From Gemmatimonadales bacterium (lineage in GTDB: Bacteria; Gemmatimonadota; Gemmatimonadetes; Gemmatimonadales; GWC2-71-9): a stretch of 36,189 nucleotides of DNA. How positions within the stretch are numbered: position 1 is the stretch's first letter; each line of letters opens with the position of its first letter. Below the pieces are notes generated by a model. The model did no database searches, had not been told where the DNA came from, and saw nothing but the letters and a program-made list of their open reading frames with translations. A program made the translations under genes and the position numbers. Of this stretch, positions 1-10,183 are shown one piece after another. The DNA is taken from contig DASUOW010000083.1 of assembly GCA_036276435.1 (NCBI GenBank), positions 1 to 36,189 of the forward strand, read 5' to 3'.

Positions 1-1701
<1,701 letters not shown>

Positions 1702-1719
1702 GCGGCCGCATCTCCAGCG

Positions 1720-2052
1720 ATGATCCTCCTGCGCACCGCGTCCCTCGACCTGCTGCTCGTGTCACCCCGACTGCTCCTCCTCAAGCACAGCCCGCGGTGC
1801 GGGGTCAGTCGCTGGGCGCTCGAGGAGGTGGAGCAGCTCGAGCGCGAGGGCGACGTGGGTCCCATCGCGATGGTGGATGTGGTGGCCGATCGGGAACTGT
1901 CGCAGGCGGTGGCCGACCGCATCGGGGTGCGGCACCAGTCGCCGCAGCTCATCTTCCTGGAGGAGGGGATCGTGCGCTGGCACATCTCGCACGGGGCCAT
2001 CACGGCCGACGCGGTCCGGCACCGCCTCTCGGGGGCACCGGACCGCGTGTAA
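1720..2052 (+). CDS. ytxJ: Bacillithiol-system monothiol thioredoxin-like protein YtxJ
   Basis: 110 aa. LKHSPRCGVS matches the YtxJ KHS-x-x-C-x-IS active-site motif. GVRHQSPQLIFLEEGIVRWHISHGAIT matches the YtxJ C-terminal block. 18 nt downstream of the previous gene. Confidence 0.8.
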   Translation: MILLRTASLDLLLVSPRLLLLKHSPRCGVSRWALEEVEQLEREGDVGPIAMVDVVADRELSQAVADRIGVRHQSPQLIFLEEGIVRWHISHGAITADAVRHRLSGAPDRV

Positions 2053-2064
2053 GGGAGCGGGGGG

Positions 2065-2538
2065 TCAGTTCAGCGCGATCGCGGTCGTGCTGTTGTCGAT
2101 GCTGCCGGCGTTGTCTTCCTGCCAGGTGGCCCACGTCAGGCGGCACCGGTCGGTGAAGTAGGTGTCGGGATGCCCGGGCTCGCGGAGGAGCGCGTGGAGC
2201 ATCTCGTGCCGCACCACCATCTCGTGCATCTGGTACTGCCCCGCGAGCACGATCTGGATGCGATCGCCGGTCTTCACCCGGATGCCGACCTTCTCGCCCT
2301 GCTCGGTCGGGAACGTGGCCACGTTCGGCACGACGTACCACTCGACGCGGGCCATGTTGCCGGACAGCTCCGAGCACTGGCTCGTCTTGTCCCACCACGT
2401 GACGTACGCCTCCGGGGCCGTGAAGGCCACGGCGCCATCGGGCAGCACGGGTGTGGGCTCGTGGGTGCAGCCGCCGGCGAGGAACGCGGCGAGCGCGAGG
2501 AGGGGGCCGCCGAAGCGGCGGTGCAGCGAGGTCTTCAT
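2065..2538 (-). CDS. Putative lipoprotein with zincin-like HExxH motif
   Basis: Trimmed to ATG at 2538 (MKTSLHRRFGGPLLALAAFLAGGC = signal peptide plus lipobox-like Cys). HEMLHALLREPGH metal-binding-like motif. High GC3. No family recognised from memory. Confidence 0.6.
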   Translation of the reverse strand: MKTSLHRRFGGPLLALAAFLAGGCTHEPTPVLPDGAVAFTAPEAYVTWWDKTSQCSELSGNMARVEWYVVPNVATFPTEQGEKVGIRVKTGDRIQIVLAGQYQMHEMVVRHEMLHALLREPGHPDTYFTDRCRLTWATWQEDNAGSIDNSTTAIALN

Positions 2539-2981
2539 CCGGGGAGCCCTCGGGCTCCGGGTACTGCCTGGCGTGGAACGCATCGCGTCTCCCACGCCCG
2601 ATAATCCTGCCTTCGGCACCGAGCTATCTCGCCGTCCTTCGTGGTACCCAGCGCGAGACCTCTAGTTTTGCGGCCCCGGATCACTCCGGGTGTGCTCTTA
2701 TCGGGCGATCAACAGATGGTTTCTTGACGTCCAACTCCCTGACGACGATTCAAGGTACGGGTCGGGCCGCGGGCGGTCAACAGGAGGTCACGATACTTGC
2801 CTAAGTCGTTGCATTGATTATTTTTACGCGTTCCCGCGCTGTTCGAATTTCGACTGCTATTCCGGGTGTATCGGTTCCGTTGTGGCCCCGCTGCCACGAA
2901 AAGCCGGGTCGGCGCGTCCCCGCCCGGGGACGACTCGCCGTCTCGACGTTTGACACCACCTCTCGCCGAGGTCCGACCCGC

Positions 2982-4550
2982 ATGAAGCGCGCGCTCGCCC
3001 GACTCGTCCTGCTCGCCCTCCTGACGGCGTCGCCCGCCGTCGCGCAGACCCTGCCGCAGTCCGACCCGGTGCTGGAGCGCATCTGGCGCCTGGGCAACGA
3101 CAGCTCGCAGCTGCAGCCCCTCGCGCAGGTGCTGCTCGACTCGCTCGGGCCGCGCCTGAACGGCTCGCCGTCGCACAAGGCGGCCAACGACTGGCTGGTG
3201 AAGACCTACGGCGGCTGGGGGATCACGGCGCGCAACGAGCAGTACGGCACCTGGCGCAGCTGGCGGCGCGGCATCACGCACCTCGACCTGCTGCAGCCGC
3301 GCGTGCGTTCGCTCGAGGCGATGATGCTCGCGTGGAGCGCCGGCACCAAGGGCAAGAAGGTCGAGGGAAAGGTGATCACGCTGCCCGACGTGGCCGACAG
3401 CGCCGCCTTCAGGGCGTGGCTCCCGTCGGCGAAGGGCAACTTCGTGCTCACGTCACTCGCCGAGCCGTCGTGCCGGCCCGATTCGTCCATCAAGCAGTTC
3501 GCGCTGCCGGCATCGTTCGAGCGCTTCACCAAGGAGCGCACCGCCGCGCGCGACGAGTGGCGCGCCCGCGTGCGCCGCACCGGCCTCAGCACCGACTCGC
3601 TGCACCTGGCGCTCGCGAAGGCCGGCGCCCGGGGCATCCTCACGTCGCTGTGGTCGCAGGGGTGGGGCGTCGACAAGATCTTCGGCACCCGCGTGCCCGA
3701 CGTGCCCGTGCTCGACGTGAGCTGCGAGGACTACGGCCTGCTGTTCCGGCTCGCCGAGAAGGGCCAGGGCCCCGTGGTGCGGCTCGAGGCCGAGTCGCAG
3801 ATGCTGGGCGAGCTGCCGGTGTTCAACACGATCGCCGAGATCCGCGGAACCGAAAAGCCCGACGAATACGTAGTGCTCTCGGCGCACTTCGACAGCTGGG
3901 ACGGCGGCTCCGGCGCCACCGACAACGGCACCGGCACGATGGTCATGATGGAGGCGCTGCGGATCCTCAAGCTCGTCTACCCCAACCCGAAGCGCACCAT
4001 CATCGTGGGGCACTGGGGCGGGGAGGAGCAGGGACTCAACGGCTCGCGCGCGTGGGCGGCCGATCATCCGGAGGTGCTGAAGGGCATGCAGGCACTCTTC
4101 AACCAGGACAACGGCACCGGACGAGTGCAGACCATCGGCCTGCAGGGCATCGTGGGCGCGGTGCCGCAGGTGGCGTCGTGGATGGCGCAGCTGCCCACCG
4201 AGCTCTCCACCGACATCAAGCTGCAGATCCCCGGCGCACCGGGCCGTGGCGGCACCGACAACGCGAGCTTCGTCTGCTACGGCGCGCCGGCCTTCGGCCT
4301 CAACTCCCTGCCGTGGGAGTACTTCAGCTACACCTGGCACACCAACCGGGACACCTACGACAAGCTCTTCTTCGACGAGCTGCGCGCCAACGCCATTCTG
4401 ACGGCGATGCTGGCGTATCTCGCCGCGGACGATCCGGTCACCGTCCCGCGCGACCGGCGCGTGATGCCGCCGGACCAGACCACGAAGCAGCCGCAATCCT
4501 GGCCCGACTGCACGCCGGCGGCGCGCAGCTCCCAGGAGAGCCGCCGCTAG
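2982..4550 (+). CDS. Secreted M28-family metallo-aminopeptidase
   Basis: Trimmed to ATG 2982 (MKRALARLVLLALLTASPAVAQ signal peptide). M28 zinc-ligand blocks LSAHFDSWDGGSGATDNGTG and GHWGGEEQGLNGS. The listed ORF start at 2814 lies in low-GC non-coding-like sequence. Confidence 0.9.
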   Translation: MKRALARLVLLALLTASPAVAQTLPQSDPVLERIWRLGNDSSQLQPLAQVLLDSLGPRLNGSPSHKAANDWLVKTYGGWGITARNEQYGTWRSWRRGITHLDLLQPRVRSLEAMMLAWSAGTKGKKVEGKVITLPDVADSAAFRAWLPSAKGNFVLTSLAEPSCRPDSSIKQFALPASFERFTKERTAARDEWRARVRRTGLSTDSLHLALAKAGARGILTSLWSQGWGVDKIFGTRVPDVPVLDVSCEDYGLLFRLAEKGQGPVVRLEAESQMLGELPVFNTIAEIRGTEKPDEYVVLSAHFDSWDGGSGATDNGTGTMVMMEALRILKLVYPNPKRTIIVGHWGGEEQGLNGSRAWAADHPEVLKGMQALFNQDNGTGRVQTIGLQGIVGAVPQVASWMAQLPTELSTDIKLQIPGAPGRGGTDNASFVCYGAPAFGLNSLPWEYFSYTWHTNRDTYDKLFFDELRANAILTAMLAYLAADDPVTVPRDRRVMPPDQTTKQPQSWPDCTPAARSSQESRR

Positions 4551-4566
4551 CGCAGGCCGCGTCAGG

Positions 4567-6450
4567 ATGGCCCTCCCCACGCTGGAGCTCCGCTGCCTCG
4601 GCGCGCCGGATGCACTGGTGGGAGGAGGGCCCGCGCCGAGCGAGGTGCGCTGGCGCAAGCATCTGGCGCTGCTCGTCTTTCTCGCGCTTGCACCGGGCCG
4701 GCGCGCCACCCGCGCCCGGCTGCACGCGCTCCTCTGGCCCGACGTGGACGAGGAGCGCGCCCGCCGCTCCCTGAACGAATCCGTCCGCCGCCTCCGTCTC
4801 GTCCTCGGCCGCGACCGGCTCCGCTCCTCGGGCGAGACGCTCGAGCTCGCCGGCGACGGCCTCGCCGTCGATGTGCTCGCCGCCCGGCTGCTGCGCGAGC
4901 CCGCGCCCCTGCCCGTGTTCCTCGACGGCTTCTCGCTCGAGGACGCGGAGCCGTTCAACGAGTGGGCCGACGCGGAACGCTCCCGAGTCCTCGCCCGCGC
5001 GGTGACGGAGGCGCTCGCGCACGGCGAGGACGCGCTCGACGCCTCGCGCCATCGAGAGGCCGCCGCCTGGGCCGGTGCGGTGCAGGCGCGCGAGCCGCTC
5101 TCGGTGCCCGCCACCGCGCTCCGCATGCGCGCCCTGGCGCTCGGCGGCGATCCGGGGGGTGCGCTTGCCGCCCATCAGGCGCACGTGGATGCATTCGCCG
5201 CGCTGGGCGAGCCGCCCGACCCGTCGCTGGCGTCCCTGGCGGCACGCGTGCGCGAGCGGACGGTCGGGGTACGTCGGGCGGCATCGGTGGCCCGTCCCCT
5301 CGTGGGTCGTGCGGCCGTGCATCGCCGGGTGTTCGGCCTGCTCGCCGATGCGCTCGCGGGGGCCACGAGCGTCGCCGCCATCGCGGGCGAGCCCGGCGCC
5401 GGCAAGTCGCGCCTCGTGGCCGCGCTCGTCGAGCGCGCGACGCTCGAGGGGGCATCGGCGCTCGCCGTCACGCCGATGGCGATGGAGCATCAGGCGCCCT
5501 GGTCTGCGCTCCGCAGCCTGCTGCGAGCGGGGCTCGCGCGTCTGGCCGGCGCGCCGGGCGCCTCGCCCGACGCGCTGGCGGTGCTCGCCTCGCTTGCGCC
5601 CGGCACCGTGCCGGCAACGCCGCGTGCGCCCACCGACGAGGGCGAGGTGGCCGCCGCGCTCCAGTCGCTGCTGCGTGCGGTCGCCGAGGAGCGGCCGCTC
5701 GTGCTGTCGCTCGACGACGCGCAGTGGGCCGACGGCGAGTCGGTGCGCGCGCTGCACGTGGCGGTGCGCGAGACGCCCGACCTGCCGCTCCTGCTGATCC
5801 TGACCCTGGAGCAGCCCACCCCCGACACCGGGGCGGCCCTGCTCACGCTGTTCCGCGACCTGGGTCGTCGCCTCGCCGGCGCGCTGGTGACGCTGGCGCC
5901 CTTCACCGACCTCGAGATCGCGGAGCTCGTGACGGTGTCGGCGTCATGGTGCACCACGCCCGCGGAGCGCGCCCGACTCGCGCGCCGCCTCGTGTTCGAG
6001 ACCGGTGGCGACCCGCTCCTGTGCGTGGCCCTGCTCGACTCGCTGCAGGAGCTCGTCGACGCGCGCGCCGACATGCTCGAGTGGCCGCCACCGCAACTCA
6101 CGCTCGAGAGCCCGCTCCCGGTGCCCGTGCCGGCGGTGCTGCACGCGATGCTGCTCGCGCGCCTCGCCCAGCTCGACCCGGCCGACCGCCGCCTCCTCGG
6201 CGCCGCGGCGCTGGCGGGACCCGCCGTGGACGAGGCGCGCGTGGCGGCGATGCTCGACGTCGACCGCGGCGCGGTGGCTGCGGCACTCGTGCGGCTCGAG
6301 CGCGCGGGCTTCGTGGAGGTGCACGGCGAGGGCTATCGCTTCCCGGCCGCCCTGCTCGCCACGCTGGTGAGCCACGCGTGCCTCGGCAGCGCGGAGCGGC
6401 GGCAGTTCGCGCGACTCGCGGGCGCCGGGACACGCGACGGCCGTTCCTGA
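4567..6450 (+). CDS. SARP/AfsR-type regulator: winged-helix DNA-binding domain + BTAD + AAA/NTPase domain
   Basis: N-terminal OmpR/SARP-like wHTH (LELRCLG...RRSLNESVRRLR). BTAD-like helical region. Walker A GEPGAGKSRLV and Walker B LVLSLDDAQWAD. Confidence 0.8.
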   Translation: MALPTLELRCLGAPDALVGGGPAPSEVRWRKHLALLVFLALAPGRRATRARLHALLWPDVDEERARRSLNESVRRLRLVLGRDRLRSSGETLELAGDGLAVDVLAARLLREPAPLPVFLDGFSLEDAEPFNEWADAERSRVLARAVTEALAHGEDALDASRHREAAAWAGAVQAREPLSVPATALRMRALALGGDPGGALAAHQAHVDAFAALGEPPDPSLASLAARVRERTVGVRRAASVARPLVGRAAVHRRVFGLLADALAGATSVAAIAGEPGAGKSRLVAALVERATLEGASALAVTPMAMEHQAPWSALRSLLRAGLARLAGAPGASPDALAVLASLAPGTVPATPRAPTDEGEVAAALQSLLRAVAEERPLVLSLDDAQWADGESVRALHVAVRETPDLPLLLILTLEQPTPDTGAALLTLFRDLGRRLAGALVTLAPFTDLEIAELVTVSASWCTTPAERARLARRLVFETGGDPLLCVALLDSLQELVDARADMLEWPPPQLTLESPLPVPVPAVLHAMLLARLAQLDPADRRLLGAAALAGPAVDEARVAAMLDVDRGAVAAALVRLERAGFVEVHGEGYRFPAALLATLVSHACLGSAERRQFARLAGAGTRDGRS

Positions 6451-6510
6451 CGGGTTGCATCTCGCATCCCCGGAACGGCCGTGCGCCCGTGCTGCCGGCG
6501 GGAGAGGGCG

Positions 6511-6771
6511 CTAACGCCGGCAGGACGATGGACCGGGCAGCAGGTCGTAGGCGAGCCGCAGGTTCTCCAGGCAGGGCGGGATCACCTCGCCCGTCGGAAC
6601 CGCCTGGCCGCCATCGCTACCACCGGCGCCGCGTCCACCGCTGGCGGGTCCTTCGGGCACCGTGCCCACGACGTTCGGGTCGAGGCCGTCGCTGGAGGCG
6701 TCCGGTCCGTTGGCGTCGCCGCAGGCGGCCAGGGCCGCCGCGGACAGGGCGAGGATGAGCTTGGCTCGCAT
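6511..6771 (-). CDS. Small putative lipoprotein (86 aa), Gly/Pro/Asp-rich
   Basis: Trimmed to ATG 6771, preceded on the minus strand by GGAGG plus a 5-nt spacer. MRAKLILALSAAALAAC lipobox. GC3 is high. No homolog recognised. Confidence 0.55.
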   Translation of the reverse strand: MRAKLILALSAAALAACGDANGPDASSDGLDPNVVGTVPEGPASGGRGAGGSDGGQAVPTGEVIPPCLENLRLAYDLLPGPSSCRR

Positions 6772-6970
6772 GGTGCCCTCCGAGGGTGATGTCGTCGTCA
6801 CGGGAGCCAGTCTACGACGCGGCGGCCAACTGGCGGCCAATCACAGGGCGAGCGGACTCAAGTGAATGAAGGTGCAAGAGTTGGAGGGCCGGCCGTTCCC
6901 GCCGGCTGGCCCAGCGACTAGCTTGGGGGCGGCCGATTCCGGCCGATCACTCCGCGGAGGCAGGCATCGC

Positions 6971-7906
6971 ATGATGCGCCAGGGACTGCTGTGGCTGTCC
7001 GAACAGAAGAACGTCTTCAACTTCGTGCGCCGGAACGGGGTCGCCCGCCAGTTCGCGTCGCGCTTCGTGGCCGGCGAGACGATCACCGACGCGGTGACCG
7101 CCGCCGTGACGCTCGCGAAGAAGGACATCACCTCCACCCTCGACCTGCTCGGCGAGAGCGTCACGCAGGGCTCCGAGGCGGAGGCGGCGGCCGAGCAGTA
7201 CGTGCGGATGGTCGACGAGATGGCGGCCCGCGGCGGGCTCGAGGTGAACGTCTCGGTGAAGCTCACCCAGATGGGCTTCGACATCGACGAGGAGCTCTGC
7301 CGGCGGAACGTGGTCCGCATCGTCGAGCGCGCCGCGGCCCACCAGGGGTTCGTCCGGCTCGACATGGAGAGCTCGGCCTACACCCAGCGCACGCTCGACT
7401 TCTTCGCGAAGCACATCCATCCCAATCACGGCGCCAATTGCGGCGTGGTGATCCAGTCGGCCCTGAGGCGCTCGGATGAGGACATCGAGCGCCTCATCGC
7501 CATGCGGGCGCGCGTGCGGCTCTGCAAGGGCGCGTACCTCGAGCCGGCGGCGGTGGCCTATCCCGAGAAGCAGGACGTCGACCAGGCGTTCATCCGCCTG
7601 ATGGAGCGCCTGCTCGATCGCGGCAACTACCCCGGCCTCGCCACGCACGACGAGGCGATGCTCACCCACGCACGGAAATACGTGCAGCGGCAGGGCATCG
7701 CGCCCGAGCGCTACGAGTTCCAGATGCTCTACGGCGTGCGGCGCGACCTGCAGGAGCAGCTGCGCGGCGCGGGACACGGCATGCGCGTGTACATCCCCTT
7801 CGGCACGCAGTGGTATCCGTACCTCATGCGCCGGCTCGCCGAGCGGCCGGCGAACATCGCGTTCATCCTGGGCAACATCGTGAAGGAGTCCGTGCCGGGC
7901 CTGTGA
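6971..7906 (+). CDS. Monofunctional proline dehydrogenase
   Basis: Trimmed to ATG 6971 (GGAGG 10 nt upstream). Proline dehydrogenase TIM-barrel blocks (DLLGESV, RLDMESS, VIQSALRRS, RLCKGAY, ATHD, EFQMLYGV). Confidence 0.9.
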   Translation: MMRQGLLWLSEQKNVFNFVRRNGVARQFASRFVAGETITDAVTAAVTLAKKDITSTLDLLGESVTQGSEAEAAAEQYVRMVDEMAARGGLEVNVSVKLTQMGFDIDEELCRRNVVRIVERAAAHQGFVRLDMESSAYTQRTLDFFAKHIHPNHGANCGVVIQSALRRSDEDIERLIAMRARVRLCKGAYLEPAAVAYPEKQDVDQAFIRLMERLLDRGNYPGLATHDEAMLTHARKYVQRQGIAPERYEFQMLYGVRRDLQEQLRGAGHGMRVYIPFGTQWYPYLMRRLAERPANIAFILGNIVKESVPGL

Positions 7907-7929
7907 CGGAATTCACGCTGGGCGGGTAC

Positions 7930-8217
7930 ATGGCGCAGCACGACCGCGCCGCGGCGTTCGGCGGAAGCGACGGGCATGCATACTCCGTGGACGTCTGGGT
8001 GGACGACGCGCCCGACGCGCGCGGCCGCTACGGCGCCGCGCTCCTCTTCATCCGCTGGAGCCCGGCCGGCGACCAGCCCGTGGGCCACGCCGAGTCGCCG
8101 GTGCTGGCCTGGGGCCGCACGCCCGACGAGGCGGAGGCCCGCCTCAAGGCGCTTTCCCTCTACGACGTGAAGCAGGCGCTCGACGACGCCATCGCGGCGC
8201 GGCCGGCGGGCTGGTGA
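7930..8217 (+). CDS. Hypothetical protein (95 aa)
   Basis: Trimmed to ATG 7930. High GC3. The stop TGA 8215-8217 overlaps the GTG start of rsgA (GTGA). No family recognised. Confidence 0.6.
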   Translation: MAQHDRAAAFGGSDGHAYSVDVWVDDAPDARGRYGAALLFIRWSPAGDQPVGHAESPVLAWGRTPDEAEARLKALSLYDVKQALDDAIAARPAGW

Positions 8218-9119
8218 GCCAGCTCACCGGGCTCGTGCTCGAGCGCGACGGCGCGAGCTACCGCGTGCTGGCCGACGGCGCCGAACTGCGCGCGGTGCTC
8301 CGCGGCAAGGCGAAGCGCGACATGCCGAAGGTGGTGGCCGGCGACCGCGTGCACCTCGAGCCCGAGCCGCAGGGCGGGCTGTGGGCCATCACCGGCGTCG
8401 AGACGCGCATGAACGTGCTCGAGCGGCGCGAACCGCACGGCCGCGGCGCCAGGCCCGTGGTGGCCAACATCGATCGCGTCTTCGTCGTGACCGCGGCGAA
8501 GGACCCCGATCCCGTCCCCTCCATCATCGACCGCATGCTCGTGCTCGCCGAGGCGAACGACATGCCGGTGGCCCTCGTCGTCAACAAGCTCGATCTCGAT
8601 CCCGGCACCGATCTCATCGCCCGCTACCGGCGCGCGGGCTACGAGGTGCTGCCGGTGAGCGTGCGCACGGGGGAGGGGCTCGGGGCCATCGCCGCGTGGC
8701 TGCCGGGCCACGCCAGCGTGGTGGCGGGCCCGAGCGGCGCCGGGAAGTCGAGCCTCCTCAACGCCCTGCTGCCGGGCCTGGTGCTCCGTACCGGCGACGT
8801 CTCCGAGCGCACCGGCCGCGGCAAGCAGACCACCGTGAGCGCCCGCATGGTGCCGCTGCCCATCGGCGGCTGGCTGGTGGACACGCCGGGCTTCAGCGAG
8901 GTGGGGCTCTGGGGGCTCGATCCGCGCGGGCTCGCGCAGTGCTTTCCCGAGCTGCGCGCGCTGCTCGGGCAGTGCCGGTTTCCGGACTGCACCCACCGCA
9001 CCGAGCCCGGGTGCGCCATGACGGCGGCGGCGCTGGATGGGCGCATCGCGCCCGAGCGGCTGGAGAGCTACCGGCTGCTGCTGCAGGAAGTGACGGACGA
9101 GAAGAAGGACTGGGAATAG
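8214..9119 (+). CDS. rsgA: Ribosome small-subunit-dependent GTPase A
   Basis: Circularly permuted GTPase order: NKLDL (G4) precedes GPSGAGKSSLLN (G1) and DTPGF (G3). C-terminal zinc knuckle CRFPDCTHRTEPGC. GTG start at 8214. Confidence 0.92.
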   Translation: MSQLTGLVLERDGASYRVLADGAELRAVLRGKAKRDMPKVVAGDRVHLEPEPQGGLWAITGVETRMNVLERREPHGRGARPVVANIDRVFVVTAAKDPDPVPSIIDRMLVLAEANDMPVALVVNKLDLDPGTDLIARYRRAGYEVLPVSVRTGEGLGAIAAWLPGHASVVAGPSGAGKSSLLNALLPGLVLRTGDVSERTGRGKQTTVSARMVPLPIGGWLVDTPGFSEVGLWGLDPRGLAQCFPELRALLGQCRFPDCTHRTEPGCAMTAAALDGRIAPERLESYRLLLQEVTDEKKDWE

Positions 9120-9141
9120 GCGGCAGGCGGCGACGCCGGCG

Positions 9142-9462
9142 TCACGTCCCCTTCTTCGTCCACCGATCCGCGTCCCGCGTCTCCACCTTGTCCATCATCC
9201 GGTCGAACGCCTGCTGCAGGTCGATGCCCTCGCGATTGGCCATGCAGATCAGCACGAAGATGATGTCGGCCATCTCCATCGCCATGTCGCCCTCCACCTC
9301 GTCCCGCTTCTTCGTCTTCTGTCCGAATCGATGGTTCACCTCGCGCGCCAGCTCACCCACCTCCTCGGTGAGGCGGCAGATGTTGGTCAGCGGGTGGAAG
9401 TAGCCTTCCTCGTACTGGCTGATCCAGGCGTCCACGCGGCGCTGGGCATCGTGCAGGGACAT
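9142..9462 (-). CDS. MazG-like nucleotide pyrophosphohydrolase (small single-domain type)
   Basis: 106 aa with the EExGE...E..D pattern (LTEEVGELAREV ... EMADIIFVLICMAN) typical of all-alpha MazG/YpjD-like NTP pyrophosphohydrolases. Confidence 0.85.
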   Translation of the reverse strand: MSLHDAQRRVDAWISQYEEGYFHPLTNICRLTEEVGELAREVNHRFGQKTKKRDEVEGDMAMEMADIIFVLICMANREGIDLQQAFDRMMDKVETRDADRWTKKGT

Positions 9463-9502
9463 GGGGCTCGGTGGCTGGAGGGTGGAGGCGCGGAGTGCGC
9501 CG

Positions 9503-10183
9503 TCAAGCGGTGAGCCAGCGAGCGGCCCATGTCTGCTGGAGCTCGCGGTCCGTCGGCGTGGCCACGCGCTCGTTCAGCCACTCGATGATCGCCGCGAAGC
9601 CCAGGCTCTTCGGGTCGTGCGCCAGATAGCCCGACACCACGCCGATGACGCGGAAGCCGTGGTGCAGTTGGAACGAGAGGGTCGGGTCGTGGAGGCGTTC
9701 GCGCACCACCTCGACGACGTACTCCTCCGCCGACATCCGGTCCGCCACGACGTGATAGCCGGCGAGCCGTGAGCCGGCGCGGATGCGCAGCAGGCCCAGC
9801 CGCTGCACCAGCGCGCAGCGCGCCTCGTAGAGCCGCGCCCCGATGCCGTGCCCGCGCCGCGCGGGGTCGACGATGATCTCCGCGCCGTAGAGCGTACGGC
9901 CCTGTGCCGGGTCGTGGTTCGTGAAGTATCCGCCGGCCGTGAAGTCGCGCCACGCGGCACGGATGTCGTAGTCGTCCCAGAAGATGATCAGGCTGGAGGC
10001 CATGCCCACCACCTGCTCGGCGCCCCCGTCCCGCAACGTCGCGACGAGCTGACCCTCCGGGAACACCGCGAGATGCGACGCGAGTTGTGCAGGCTGCCAC
10101 GACGCCCCGCCGCCGTACTCGCGCGCCGACAGCGCCACGAGCGCCGGGATGTCCTCCGGGCGTGTGGTCCGCACCCCGATCAC
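9503..10183 (-). CDS. GNAT-family N-acetyltransferase
   Basis: Trimmed to GTG at 10183, which overlaps the upstream stop (GTGA). GNAT motif A RRGHGIGARLYEA. The listed 527-aa ORF is an out-of-frame read-through of the nitrilase gene. Confidence 0.8.
   Translation of the reverse strand: MIGVRTTRPEDIPALVALSAREYGGGASWQPAQLASHLAVFPEGQLVATLRDGGAEQVVGMASSLIIFWDDYDIRAAWRDFTAGGYFTNHDPAQGRTLYGAEIIVDPARRGHGIGARLYEARCALVQRLGLLRIRAGSRLAGYHVVADRMSAEEYVVEVVRERLHDPTLSFQLHHGFRVIGVVSGYLAHDPKSLGFAAIIEWLNERVATPTDRELQQTWAARWLTA

Noticed and set aside
3453-5126. Long antisense or out-of-frame ORFs. Examples: 3453..5126 -, 4438..5757 -, 4962..6758 +, 14328..16208 -, 19392..21488 +, 21838..24507 -, 25321..27285 -, 25851..27797 +, 27794..29581 +, 31631..34075 -.
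   Set aside because: They are Arg/Ala/Gly/Pro-rich low-complexity translations with no recognisable motifs. Each lies opposite to or out of frame with a gene that has clear family signatures. These are classic shadow ORFs caused by stop-codon scarcity in about 70% GC DNA.
6492-6524. 9-bp inverted repeat CTGCCGGCG / CGCCGGCAG with a 15-nt loop between the SARP regulator and the small lipoprotein gene, considered as a bidirectional terminator.
   Set aside because: The stem is short relative to the loop, there is no U-tract, and it overlaps the lipoprotein stop codon. This is too weak to call in GC-rich DNA.
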